26,447 nucleotides of DNA, taken from the NCBI GenBank assembly GCA_051117555.1, contig JBNPEG010000212.1:8150-34596 (forward strand), written 5' to 3'. This DNA comes from Elainellaceae cyanobacterium. GTDB taxonomy: Bacteria; Cyanobacteriota; Cyanobacteriia; CAZCXK01. Below, in pieces: positions 1-8,849 of the stretch. A model generated the notes under the pieces. The model ran no database searches and had not been told where the DNA came from. It was given only the letters and a program-made list of their open reading frames with translations. The translations under genes and the position numbers were made by a program. Positions within the stretch are counted from its first letter, which is position 1. Each line of letters starts with the position of its first letter.

Positions 1-162
1 ACTCAGCTAATGATGACTCAAACTCCTGACAGTCTGGTTGATCAGCTTCGAGAGCATGTCGATCAGTTTCATGTATATCCCTTTGGCGGGCTGCCCAAAA
101 CTTGCAAATGGCTGGAAACTCGTATGGTTGAGCAGCCCCACTCAGTTCTAACTCGATGCTGA
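1..162 (+). CDS. 3' end of a gene entering from the left; possibly a methylenetetrahydrofolate reductase-like protein (partial)
   Basis: Frame 1 is open from base 1 to TGA 160-162: TQLMMTQTPDSLVDQLREHVDQFHVYPFGGLPKTCKWLETRMVEQPHSVLTRC*. The PD-x-L...H-x-YPFGG-x3-T-x2-W pattern resembles, from memory, C-termini of MetF-like proteins in C1/glycine-betaine clusters. Only 53 aa are visible. Confidence 0.5.
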   Translation, partial: TQLMMTQTPDSLVDQLREHVDQFHVYPFGGLPKTCKWLETRMVEQPHSVLTRC

Positions 163-180
163 CTTAGATCATTTCAAACA

Positions 181-209
181 GTGCCGAATGCCGACGCGGC
201 GTTCGGCAT
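181..209. terminator. GC-rich stem-loop after the upstream gene (terminator-like or leader structure)
   Basis: GTGCCGAATGCCG-ACG-CGGCGTTCGGCAT forms a 13-bp stem including G:U pairs. There is no clean U-tract on the + strand. Confidence 0.5.
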
Positions 210-214
210 GTTCC

Positions 215-307
<93 letters not shown>

Positions 308-453
308 GACTTCTTTCTCTCGATGGTTTCGAGAGTCCTTGTCATATCAGTATGGCAAGGTTATAGCGCTACTTCTTTCTCCGCCGAAATGAGTTATCAA
401 TCGCCGCTCCTGGGCGCATATCTACCATTATCTTGAACTATTGGGTGTGTCAT

Positions 454-1830
454 ATGGCAATCAGCGTCTTCGAACTGTTCAAAATTGGCATTGGCCCATC
501 GAGTTCTCACACCGTTGGCCCTATGCGTGCCGCATTGCAATTCGTCACTGGCTTAGAGAGCAATGGCCTATTAGCCAATGTTCGATGGATTAAAGCAGAG
601 CTGTTTGGTTCTCTAGGCGCAACTGGTAAAGGCCACGGCAGCGACAAGGCTGTCCTGTTGGGACTTGAAGGTGAAGCCCCTGACCTGATTGATCCTGAAT
701 GCATCGAAGTGCGGCTTGCTCAAATCCGAAACGAAGGGCGATTGCGGCTCTTTGGCACCCATACCATCGAATTTCATGAAGCAGACCATCTCGTCTTTCA
801 TTGGCGATCGCTCCCTTATCATCCTAATGGTATGTGTTTCACGGCCTATGATAGTGCTAATACTGCGATCGCGCATCACGTCTACTATTCTGTGGGCGGC
901 GGATTTGTCGTGAATGAAGACGCAATGGAGAGCGATCGCCTGAAACCTGATCAAACCCCCATTCCCTATCCATTCAAAACTGCCCTGCAACTGCTCGAAC
1001 TCTGCCAGCACGAGCACTTATCTATCAGTCAACTCATGCTTGAAAATGAGAAAAGCTGGCGTTCTGAAACCGAGATTCGCGACGGGTTGCTTCATGTCTG
1101 GGCAGTTATGCAAGAGTGCGTGAAACGGGGCTGTCATACCGAGGGAATTTTGCCGGGGGGGCTAATGGTGAAACGTCGAGCTGCTGACCTGTATTCGAAG
1201 CTAAGTAGCCGTCCTGAAGCCTCTATGCGCGATCCTCTAAACGTCATGGATTGGGTCAATCTGTATGCGCTAGCGGTCAATGAGGAAAATGCAGCAGGGG
1301 GTCGGGTTGTGACAGCTCCAACCAATGGCGCTGCCGGAATTATTCCGGCTGTGATGCACTACTACGATCGCTTTTGTCATGGTGCATGCCCTGACGGAAT
1401 CGTTCGATTCTTATTGACAGCTGGGGCGATCGCCCTGCTTTATAAGGAAAATGCCTCGATTTCAGGCGCAGACGTAGGCTGTCAGGGCGAGGTGGGTGTA
1501 GCATGCTCAATGGCCGCAGGCGCGCTCGCTGAAGTCATGGGGGGCATCCCAGAGCAAGTAGAAAACGCTGCCGAAATCGGTATGGAGCACAACCTAGGAC
1601 TCACCTGCGACCCCATCGGTGGACTTGTACAAGTGCCCTGCATCGAACGTAATGCAATGGGCGCGATGAAAGCGATCAATGCTGCTCGCATGGCATTGAG
1701 AGGCGATGGCACCCACTACGTGCCGCTCGATAAAGTCATCAAGACGATGCGAGATACTGGAGCTGACATGCATGTGAAATACAAAGAGACTGCCCGGGGT
1801 GGTCTTGCAGTCAATGTGATTGAATGCTGA
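454..1830 (+). CDS. sdaA: L-serine ammonia-lyase (Fe-S L-serine dehydratase, single-chain type)
   Basis: Begins [24 protein letters not shown] and contains [32 protein letters not shown] and [18 protein letters not shown] (the three Fe-S Cys) and [13 protein letters not shown] 454 is preferred over TTG 433. Confidence 0.97.
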   Translation: MAISVFELFKIGIGPSSSHTVGPMRAALQFVTGLESNGLLANVRWIKAELFGSLGATGKGHGSDKAVLLGLEGEAPDLIDPECIEVRLAQIRNEGRLRLFGTHTIEFHEADHLVFHWRSLPYHPNGMCFTAYDSANTAIAHHVYYSVGGGFVVNEDAMESDRLKPDQTPIPYPFKTALQLLELCQHEHLSISQLMLENEKSWRSETEIRDGLLHVWAVMQECVKRGCHTEGILPGGLMVKRRAADLYSKLSSRPEASMRDPLNVMDWVNLYALAVNEENAAGGRVVTAPTNGAAGIIPAVMHYYDRFCHGACPDGIVRFLLTAGAIALLYKENASISGADVGCQGEVGVACSMAAGALAEVMGGIPEQVENAAEIGMEHNLGLTCDPIGGLVQVPCIERNAMGAMKAINAARMALRGDGTHYVPLDKVIKTMRDTGADMHVKYKETARGGLAVNVIEC

Positions 1831-1871
1831 GGAATAGAGGAATAGAAGAGAACCTGCGATCGCGGAGGTTG

Positions 1872-1979
1872 CTAGTACAAGATGGCGGAAGTTTCATACC
1901 CGTAGTGTGAGCGTCTCGCTCACGTCGCGGGCAAGATGCCCGCTTAAATGGTTGGCTTATTTTTGCCAAACAGTACTAG
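1872..1979. mobile_element. MITE/REP-composite element, copy 1 (108 bp)
   Basis: Inverted termini CTAGTAC...GTACTAG. Internal hairpins GTGAGCGTCTCGCTCAC (1907-1923) and GCGGGCAAGATGCCCGC (1927-1943). A colinear second copy lies at 3898-4004. Confidence 0.8.
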
Positions 1980-2090
1980 GGTGTCAAGCAATCCTAGCAA
2001 TTACTCACGAGTCTTGTGATACCGACGCACTTCCGTCTTTTCATCAAGCAGGTACTTTCGGTGTCTAGTGGGTATCCAAACTAGTTGGCT

Positions 2091-2399
2091 TCAATGATTC
2101 GTAAACCAAAATTCGATTTCAGAGGTTTCCTGCTCAAAGCGGGCCATATGAGTAGTTCCCGCCGGAACATGATACCAATCACCTTCGGTATAGCATGTTT
2201 CTTGGCCATCCACGATTAGGATGAGTTCCCCTTGTGTGATTACGCCCACATTGTCCGTCTCGTGTGTGTGGGGCAAAATTTCTGTCCCGGCAGGGTAAGT
2301 CGCAAACAAAACATCGCAATTGTTCGCGACTAACTTAAATGCATCAAAAGGTCCATCAAACTTTGGCAACGACTGAATTTGCTTTGGGAAATGTACCAT
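2091..2399 (-). CDS. Cupin-domain protein
   Basis: Cupin motifs PHTHETDNVGVITQGEL and GDWYHVPAGTTH. ATG at 2399 (MVHFPKQ...) has an AGAGG Shine-Dalgarno-like sequence upstream. 102 aa. Confidence 0.9.
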   Translation of the reverse strand: MVHFPKQIQSLPKFDGPFDAFKLVANNCDVLFATYPAGTEILPHTHETDNVGVITQGELILIVDGQETCYTEGDWYHVPAGTTHMARFEQETSEIEFWFTNH

Positions 2400-2591
2400 G
2401 CTGACCTCTTCTAGACCGGTGGCTTTGTAACCGTATCGAGTCACTAATACTATACCTGTGTCCAACAGTGGGATCGTGTAATTAGGCCAGACACGTTTTC
2501 ATAGTGGCGAAAGCAGTGAGACTGCAAATGTACGGCAATGGCTGCAACCGCTTGATGTCGCAGGAGATGGATAGCAAAGAGGAGTCATCAT

Positions 2592-3008
2592 CTACTGGTC
2601 GCTATCACTATTGAGAATCGGATGGGTCAATTCCCAGGATTCTTCGTCATCGGGTGTTGACTGGAGATAAACCTCAAACATATTGTGCGTCTGCCTCAAT
2701 GTGTGATCGGTAAAGTCAAGCGTCACATCATAGGTGCCGCGAACTCGAACGGCAGACTGGGCATCGCTCGTGACCGATTGTTGGCTGTCGATTTGAACGT
2801 TGTCTACGGTAATGAGGGGCGGTTTTGTTGCAGTTCGATAAAGCTGTTGCGTCAGTTCGGCTTGCACCTGCCCTACTTGCAGGGCGATCGCCTTTTTCAC
2901 AGTCGATACATCAGGACCTCCTCGACTACAGGCCGTCATCAGCATTGCCAGTAGAACGACGATGACAACTCTTGCTCTTAATCGTTGATTTCTATTCACT
3001 CGTCTCAT
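2592..3008 (-). CDS. Conserved hypothetical lipoprotein
   Basis: Basic N-terminus, hydrophobic stretch and lipobox-like LMTAC, followed by VRVRGTYDVTL...FEVYLQ...W. 138 aa. Confidence 0.75.
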   Translation of the reverse strand: MRRVNRNQRLRARVVIVVLLAMLMTACSRGGPDVSTVKKAIALQVGQVQAELTQQLYRTATKPPLITVDNVQIDSQQSVTSDAQSAVRVRGTYDVTLDFTDHTLRQTHNMFEVYLQSTPDDEESWELTHPILNSDSDQ

Positions 3009-3131
3009 AAGAATCTATACTGCGCCATCTCCGAAGGATAGTATAGGCGTTGGGTAAGCGATTTGGTTTGCTAAATGGATCAAGCTTCCCTATCCCTTAA
3101 TAAAGCGCGTAGTGTTTGTCTGGTAACCTTT

Positions 3132-3797
3132 ATGTCTAACAAGACTCTTGATCTGAGCGATCGCCTCTATGACTATATCCTGTCGGTTTCCCTACAGGAA
3201 CCTGACATTCTCAAGCAGCTTCGAGATGAAACCACTCGCCATCCTATGAGCCAAATGCAAATTGCACCCGAGCAGGGGCAGTTTATGGCATTGCTCGTTC
3301 AGCTCTTAGGCGCTAAGAAAACGTTAGAAGTCGGCGTGTTTACTGGATACAGTTCGCTTGTAGTTGCATTGGCGCTGCCAGCCAATGGCGAAATCGTCGC
3401 CTGTGACATCAGCGATGACTATACTGCGATCGCCCGTCGCTATTGGGAGATGGCGGGTGTGGCTGATAAGATTGATCTCCGCATCGCCCCTGCCCTCGAA
3501 ACGCTAGATCAACTCTTGTCAGACGGGCAAGCAGGCACGTTTGACTTTGCATTTATCGATGCAGATAAATCAAATTACGACGAATACTACGAGCGATCGC
3601 TCCAACTCATCCGCCCAGGGGGCTTAATTGCCATTGATAATGTGCTGTGGTCGGGGCGGGTCGCTGACCCCAATGAAACAGACAGCCGCACTGGCGCGAT
3701 TCGAGCCCTCAACGCCAAACTCCACCATGACGACCGAATTACCCTCAGCCTGGTTCCGATAGCAGATGGGCTGACTCTGGCGCTGAAGCGCTCATAG
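3132..3797 (+). CDS. Class I SAM-dependent O-methyltransferase (caffeoyl-CoA OMT-like)
   Basis: Motifs MQIAPEQGQF, LEVGVFTGYS, FDFAFIDADKSNY, GGLIAIDNVLWSG and PIADGLTL. ATG 3132 (MSNKTL) is preferred. Confidence 0.93.
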   Translation: MSNKTLDLSDRLYDYILSVSLQEPDILKQLRDETTRHPMSQMQIAPEQGQFMALLVQLLGAKKTLEVGVFTGYSSLVVALALPANGEIVACDISDDYTAIARRYWEMAGVADKIDLRIAPALETLDQLLSDGQAGTFDFAFIDADKSNYDEYYERSLQLIRPGGLIAIDNVLWSGRVADPNETDSRTGAIRALNAKLHHDDRITLSLVPIADGLTLALKRS

Positions 3798-3897
3798 GCA
3801 ATTGTCAAGATGCGATCGTAAAAGATGCGATCGTAAAGAAAAATAGCGTAATTGTCATTGCGATCGCTTTTCGATGAAGGATTAGTACTAGAACAAG

Positions 3898-4004
3898 CGA
3901 GTACAAGACGGTGGAAGTTTCATAACCATAGTGTGAGCGTTTCGCTCACGTCGCGGGCAAGATGCCCTCTTGAGGGTTGGCTTATTCCTGCCAAACGGTA
4001 CTCG
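3898..4004. mobile_element. MITE/REP-composite element, copy 2 (107 bp)
   Basis: Aligns end to end with 1872-1979. Termini are CGAGTAC...GTACTCG, with the same two internal hairpins. Confidence 0.8.
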
Positions 4005-4033
4005 CTAATCGGTAGGGGAAGAGGGCAAACGAC

Positions 4034-4999
4034 ATGATACTCCGACTATGTGGGATGGTTTCAACGCTAATGGCGGTTGTGGCAACCATCGGAATTCCGT
4101 CCGCTCATGCCATGAGCTTAGAGAAAGCATCTGCCACCTCGATGCCTCGTCTGCCCGCTCAATCTGCTTCGATACGCATTGCCCAAGCCTCTGGGGCAAA
4201 CTGCCGAGTGCCTAACCGATTGCTAGATGTCTATTCGCTACCCTCTGTCGCATCAGACAGCCGAAGCTTAGCAAGTCTTGAAGCCAACACGCGAATTAAT
4301 CTGGATCGCAATCCAGATGGCAGCTTTCTTGAAGAAAATGGCTTTGTGCGGGGCTACGTGCCTAGTCGTGACTTGCGCGGATACGTGATTGCTCGGCATC
4401 TAACACGGATTCCGGGCTGCGGAGAAGGTACCACTCCACCACCGCAACCTCAAGCCTGTGCCCGCGTTACGGTTCCGGCACTAACCGTGCGAGAAAATCC
4501 TGCCGAAACGGCGCGTCCGACCGGGGAATTTATATCGTCCGGGGAAGTCGTTCGCATCTTAGACGATGACGTAGAGCAAGCGACGGGCAGAACGTGGATT
4601 CAAGTCCCCGTTGATGGTACAACGGGATGGACAGCCGAAACAGGACGATTTGGCAACGGGCGCAATCTAAGTCCGCGATTTCCGTGTCCCCAGGCTGTTT
4701 CAACTGCCGCACCGCCTAATCCGCGTGCGGTTCCGGTGGATGAATCTGAATTGCCGCTTAGCGTACGGACTGCTGTCTTACAAGATGCTGCCCAACGCAC
4801 CGACCAAGACAGTGCGCTCCGCATTGTAGATGCGGTTGAAGAAACCTGGCCCGATGGTTGTCTCGGATTGGGAGAGCCAAACGATGTCTGCACCGCAGCG
4901 CTTGTTCCTGGATGGGAAGTCGACGTGACGGATGGCATGCAAACGTGGACATACCGAACCGATCAGCAAGACGAGATTCGATTAGAGTCTGCTGAATAA
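4034..4999 (+). CDS. Secreted protein with two SH3b-like domains and a C-terminal Cys-containing domain
   Basis: Signal peptide ending ...PSAHA. SH3-like segments LDVYSLP...GYV and LTVRENP...WIQV...GW. C-terminal WPDGCLGL...CTAALVPGW motif. Confidence 0.75.
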   Translation: MILRLCGMVSTLMAVVATIGIPSAHAMSLEKASATSMPRLPAQSASIRIAQASGANCRVPNRLLDVYSLPSVASDSRSLASLEANTRINLDRNPDGSFLEENGFVRGYVPSRDLRGYVIARHLTRIPGCGEGTTPPPQPQACARVTVPALTVRENPAETARPTGEFISSGEVVRILDDDVEQATGRTWIQVPVDGTTGWTAETGRFGNGRNLSPRFPCPQAVSTAAPPNPRAVPVDESELPLSVRTAVLQDAAQRTDQDSALRIVDAVEETWPDGCLGLGEPNDVCTAALVPGWEVDVTDGMQTWTYRTDQQDEIRLESAE

Positions 5000-5039
5000 T
5001 GCTCAGCGTAACGCACCGTTCATCTGTGATTTGAAGGAA

Positions 5040-6641
5040 TTACCACCGGAGTTGAGACGCAATTTCGACACGCGGAGGGGGCGATTCGACGGTTGTCATC
5101 ATCTCTTGAATGCAGGCTTCATTGGGAGGCTGATTCGGATTTTCTAGAAATGCCGTAACCATCGAACCAGGGCAGGGTTGCCCCGATGTGAATGACACAG
5201 CCAATGCCCCATGACCAACTCTAGGATAGTTATATATGTAGGCGTTCGGAAGATTATTGGCAACTAACACGCCAAATGCAAGCGGCGTAATGTTGTCATA
5301 TTGCCCATTCATAATTAAGGTCGGAATCGTACTATCAACAGGCGTGTATGCACTGTCGGGCAGCGTTGCGACGTTATAGATGTCGCAATAGGCTAAATTA
5401 TCGGCTCGGATAGGATCTTCAAGCTGGGAAAATGGCGCTTGGAAGAAGCTTTGAATAATAGGATTCTGCTCTGCTGGAGCATTACGCTTCGCACAAATGA
5501 CGCTAGCTTTCATCGCCTCCGCGTCTGGCGATCGCACTTCAGTAGCGATCGCGTCCGTGAGCCAACTGTAGTTGCTTTCATTCAAGGAGCCATACAGGTT
5601 TTGGGGAAGCGTTTCTGCAAAATTTGAGCCTTCTAGCTGATTTTGAACCAAAATGCTGAACATCGAGCCGTTCAGAGGAACCTGAATTTCACCAGGAATA
5701 TTTCCCATGTTGACGGTCAAGGTCTGAGGCGATTCGTTGAGCCGCTCGACAAGTTGCAAAAAAACAGAGTCAAGATTCGAATAGGATTGATTGCACGCAG
5801 GCTCGGCAAGGCAGTTGGCAAAGATCTGACGTAGCGAATAACTACTGGCCTGAGTCGCATATTGGCGACTATTAAGAGTCGCAGGTTCTGTCCCATCTAA
5901 AATGACTGACCGAAGCCGATTGGGAGACTGCTGCATCAACACCTGGGCTAGCAGCGACCCGTAGGATGATCCATAAAAGTTGACCTGCTGAAACCCCAAC
6001 GAATTTAGCACGCTCACTACATCGGTAGCGCTCTCAAGCGTGTTGTATGCGTCAAAATTAACGCCGTTGGTTTCTAGTCTGTCTTTACATGCTTGATAAG
6101 CAGGTGCTTCCAACTGTTGACGGCTCTGCGGATCAGCCAGTTGTCCTGTTTTTAACAATTCGGTTTTCACAGGCACCAATTCGGGGCAATCGAGATACGG
6201 TTTCGAATATTGCGTTCCTCGCTGCTCAATCAGCAGAATGTCATGCCGGTCACGAAGCTGTGCCGCTGGATTCTCCTCGATGAACCACGGCACCATCGTG
6301 GCGATGGTTGATTGCCCGAGATTGCCTGCCAAAACTAGGGGGTCAGCAGTAGATGATGCGCCAACGCTCGGCAGCAGCACCGTCGCTAATGCAATAGTGT
6401 CTCCACTGGGTTGGGCATGGAGTTCGGGCACGGTGACATAGCCGCAGATTGCCTCGGACATGCGTGCTGGCACATCAAAGGCGGTGCAGCTAATCTCGGT
6501 AAAGCGGTCGTCAAATTGGCTCCTTAATACTCTCTGGTGCCAGTCTGACCGTATTCCTTGCCAAGCAGATTGACAGCCTGACAGCCAAAGCCCCATCGTG
6601 AGGCTTGCGATCGCCAACGAAAACTGCTGATGTCGGTTCAT
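5040..6641 (-). CDS. Exported alpha/beta-hydrolase (TAP-like peptidase family), probable lipoprotein
   Basis: Lipobox-like LSGC; CGYVTVP, EQRGT, nucleophile elbow GSSYG, GQYDNITP and catalytic-His motif GHG. Confidence 0.88.
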   Translation of the reverse strand: MNRHQQFSLAIASLTMGLWLSGCQSAWQGIRSDWHQRVLRSQFDDRFTEISCTAFDVPARMSEAICGYVTVPELHAQPSGDTIALATVLLPSVGASSTADPLVLAGNLGQSTIATMVPWFIEENPAAQLRDRHDILLIEQRGTQYSKPYLDCPELVPVKTELLKTGQLADPQSRQQLEAPAYQACKDRLETNGVNFDAYNTLESATDVVSVLNSLGFQQVNFYGSSYGSLLAQVLMQQSPNRLRSVILDGTEPATLNSRQYATQASSYSLRQIFANCLAEPACNQSYSNLDSVFLQLVERLNESPQTLTVNMGNIPGEIQVPLNGSMFSILVQNQLEGSNFAETLPQNLYGSLNESNYSWLTDAIATEVRSPDAEAMKASVICAKRNAPAEQNPIIQSFFQAPFSQLEDPIRADNLAYCDIYNVATLPDSAYTPVDSTIPTLIMNGQYDNITPLAFGVLVANNLPNAYIYNYPRVGHGALAVSFTSGQPCPGSMVTAFLENPNQPPNEACIQEMMTTVESPPPRVEIASQLRW

Positions 6642-6834
6642 ACTCTACAGTATTCCTGGATGCCCCGGAATCTAAACTTACGTGACGTAATAAGATGCAA
6701 AATTTAATGCTTATTTTCGATTATTTGATTATCGTTGGTATGTAAATTCCCCTTTTGGGTGGAAGACTATTGTGGAAGACTATTAATGGTATCTCAACTT
6801 CCTGAATGCATTTCAACCTTTTTACAGGAATGTT

Positions 6835-8844
6835 ATGGAATCACTTGCTTTTGTTCACCACGCCGTAATTTACGATGATCCCGAGTCCGCTCAACTCACG
6901 CTATTAAAGCATGTTGATTGGCGGATTCCCAGTTCTGCCTGGACTCCGCTAGTTAGCATCCTGGTATTTTTAGCCGTTCTCAACCTATCGGATCGCGCAT
7001 CTGCCCAAACCCTATACCAGCGCGGTAGTCGGGGATCTGCTGTCACGGAGATTCAGAAGGCGCTTGAGATTCCTGCGGATGGCATTTACGGGCCGGTGAC
7101 AGAAGCAGCCGTTCGCGACTATCAGCGTCAGGAAAACCTGGATAGCATCGACGGCAAGGCAGGGCCTGAAACCTTAGAATCTCTAGGACTGCTTGATCCC
7201 AGCAATCAAGCCTCAGAAAGTCAGGTGCGTGACGAACCCCGACAAGCCAGTGTCAGCACGCCCACGGGCGTGGGAATTAACGTCCGGCGTACTCCAAATG
7301 GCGATATTGTGAATGGCCTGCCCGACGGTGCTCCTGTTTTGTTGACCGGGCGCGAACAGCCCGCAGGTCGATATATCTGGGCTGAACTCATGGGCGGACG
7401 GTGGGTCGCTAAAGATTACCTAAGGTTTTCGAATACGCCGTCAGCGATGGCGGTATCGTTTAATGCCCAGGCCGCAACGTCACAGTCTTCTAATTCACCC
7501 TCACCAAGACGCGCAACCGTCAGTACCAATACCGGCATCGGCTTAAATTTACGAAATACTCCCAGCGGGCAAATTATGGGAAGTGTGCCCAATGGCACAC
7601 CGCTCTCTCTAACCAGAAACGAACAGCCCGCCGGTGAATATGTGTGGGCAGAAACAACCAATGGACAATGGGTTGCGAAAGAATTTTTGAGCTATTCTGA
7701 GCCTGCTTCGGCAACGACGGCTCAAACTTCGACAGAAGGCGATCGCCCTGCCGTGGTCGCTACGCGTAGCGGCGTTGGCGTCAATGTTCGTGATACTCCC
7801 AATGGCACTATCATTGGCGGATTGCCCGATGGAACAACGGTTTCAGCGACTGAAACAGAGCAACCGTCCGAAAGATATACGTGGGTGAGAACCAATCGGG
7901 GATGGATTGCCAAAGAGTTTTTACAGTTTAGGGGAAGCACAGGCGGAAATGCGATCGCCACCTCCGAGCAACCGCCCCAGGAATCCACTACAGCAAATTC
8001 AGAGACAAGTTCAGAACCAGCGTCTGATACAAATGCAAATGCAAATGCAAATGCAAATGTAGATACAGATACAGATACAGAGGCAAATGCAAATGCAAAT
8101 GCAGATACAGATGTAAATGCAGAGGCAAATGCAGAGGCAAGTTCAGAGGCAAGTTCAGAACCAGCGTCTGATACAAATGCAAATGCAAATGCAAATGCAG
8201 ACAATTCATCCAATTCAACACCGGCGATCGCCAACCAATCCTCGTCCGCCAATCAATCCGCCAATCAATCTACCCCGAATGAGGCTGATACATCCGATCA
8301 GTCTGTTACGCCCTCACAGCCAAGCGCTAACGCCATTCAGTCTCCTACTTCTGAATCCGTTAAGTCACCATCTGACGAGTCCAATGCCGACTCTTCTCCT
8401 GGGTTAGCAGACTCATCCGATCAACAGGCCGATTCAGCGTCAGAGGCGTCTGATTCAGACGTATCCAATGTAGACGCATCCAATGGTGAAAATTCATCAG
8501 ACGAATCAGCAGTGACCCAACCGTCTGATGAGTCTGGGTCTGCAACCACGCCGTCTAATAACGCAGCGGCGCCCGAGTTAGAAAGCTTTACAACGTCGGT
8601 TGATCCTCGACGGTTTAAGGGCCCCCAGGGAACGTTTTCGGTTAAACGTGAAACCGAGCGGCGCGCTAACCCGGATGGTGAATCGGTTGGGGAAATTGCC
8701 GCATCTGATACGGTTTCTGTGACCGATCAGAGAAAGCTTGCAGACGGATCAATATGGGCACAGCTTGAGGATGGCACGTGGATTGATTCGGCTGCCATCG
8801 ACGTTATGCCGTCTGATTCGCCCAATCCATCACCGACGCCCTAA
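6835..8844 (+). CDS. Peptidoglycan-binding domain protein with three (plus one degenerate) SH3b-like repeats and a long low-complexity linker
   Basis: Hydrophobic segment ending ASAQ; PG-binding motif GSRGSAVTEIQKAL...ADGIYGPVTEAAVRDYQ...DGKAGPET; three G(I/L/V)N(V/L)RxTPxG...W(V/I)AK(D/E)(Y/F)L repeats; Ser/Asn/Ala/Asp-rich linker. Confidence 0.9.
   Translation: MESLAFVHHAVIYDDPESAQLTLLKHVDWRIPSSAWTPLVSILVFLAVLNLSDRASAQTLYQRGSRGSAVTEIQKALEIPADGIYGPVTEAAVRDYQRQENLDSIDGKAGPETLESLGLLDPSNQASESQVRDEPRQASVSTPTGVGINVRRTPNGDIVNGLPDGAPVLLTGREQPAGRYIWAELMGGRWVAKDYLRFSNTPSAMAVSFNAQAATSQSSNSPSPRRATVSTNTGIGLNLRNTPSGQIMGSVPNGTPLSLTRNEQPAGEYVWAETTNGQWVAKEFLSYSEPASATTAQTSTEGDRPAVVATRSGVGVNVRDTPNGTIIGGLPDGTTVSATETEQPSERYTWVRTNRGWIAKEFLQFRGSTGGNAIATSEQPPQESTTANSETSSEPASDTNANANANANVDTDTDTEANANANADTDVNAEANAEASSEASSEPASDTNANANANADNSSNSTPAIANQSSSANQSANQSTPNEADTSDQSVTPSQPSANAIQSPTSESVKSPSDESNADSSPGLADSSDQQADSASEASDSDVSNVDASNGENSSDESAVTQPSDESGSATTPSNNAAAPELESFTTSVDPRRFKGPQGTFSVKRETERRANPDGESVGEIAASDTVSVTDQRKLADGSIWAQLEDGTWIDSAAIDVMPSDSPNPSPTP
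8007..8199 (+). repeat. Intragenic hexamer repeats (AATGCA, GATACA, GAGGCA) within a duplicated block
   Basis: The block AAGTTCAGAACCAGCGTCTGATACAAATGCAAATGCA... starts at 8007 and again at 8151. It encodes (NA)n, (DT)n and EA runs. Confidence 0.9.
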
Positions 8845-8849
8845 ATCGA

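Noticed and set aside
7722..8407. (AF)n, (LH)n and (QM)n ORFs
   Set aside because: These are alternative frames of the hexamer repeats inside the real gene at 6835-8844.
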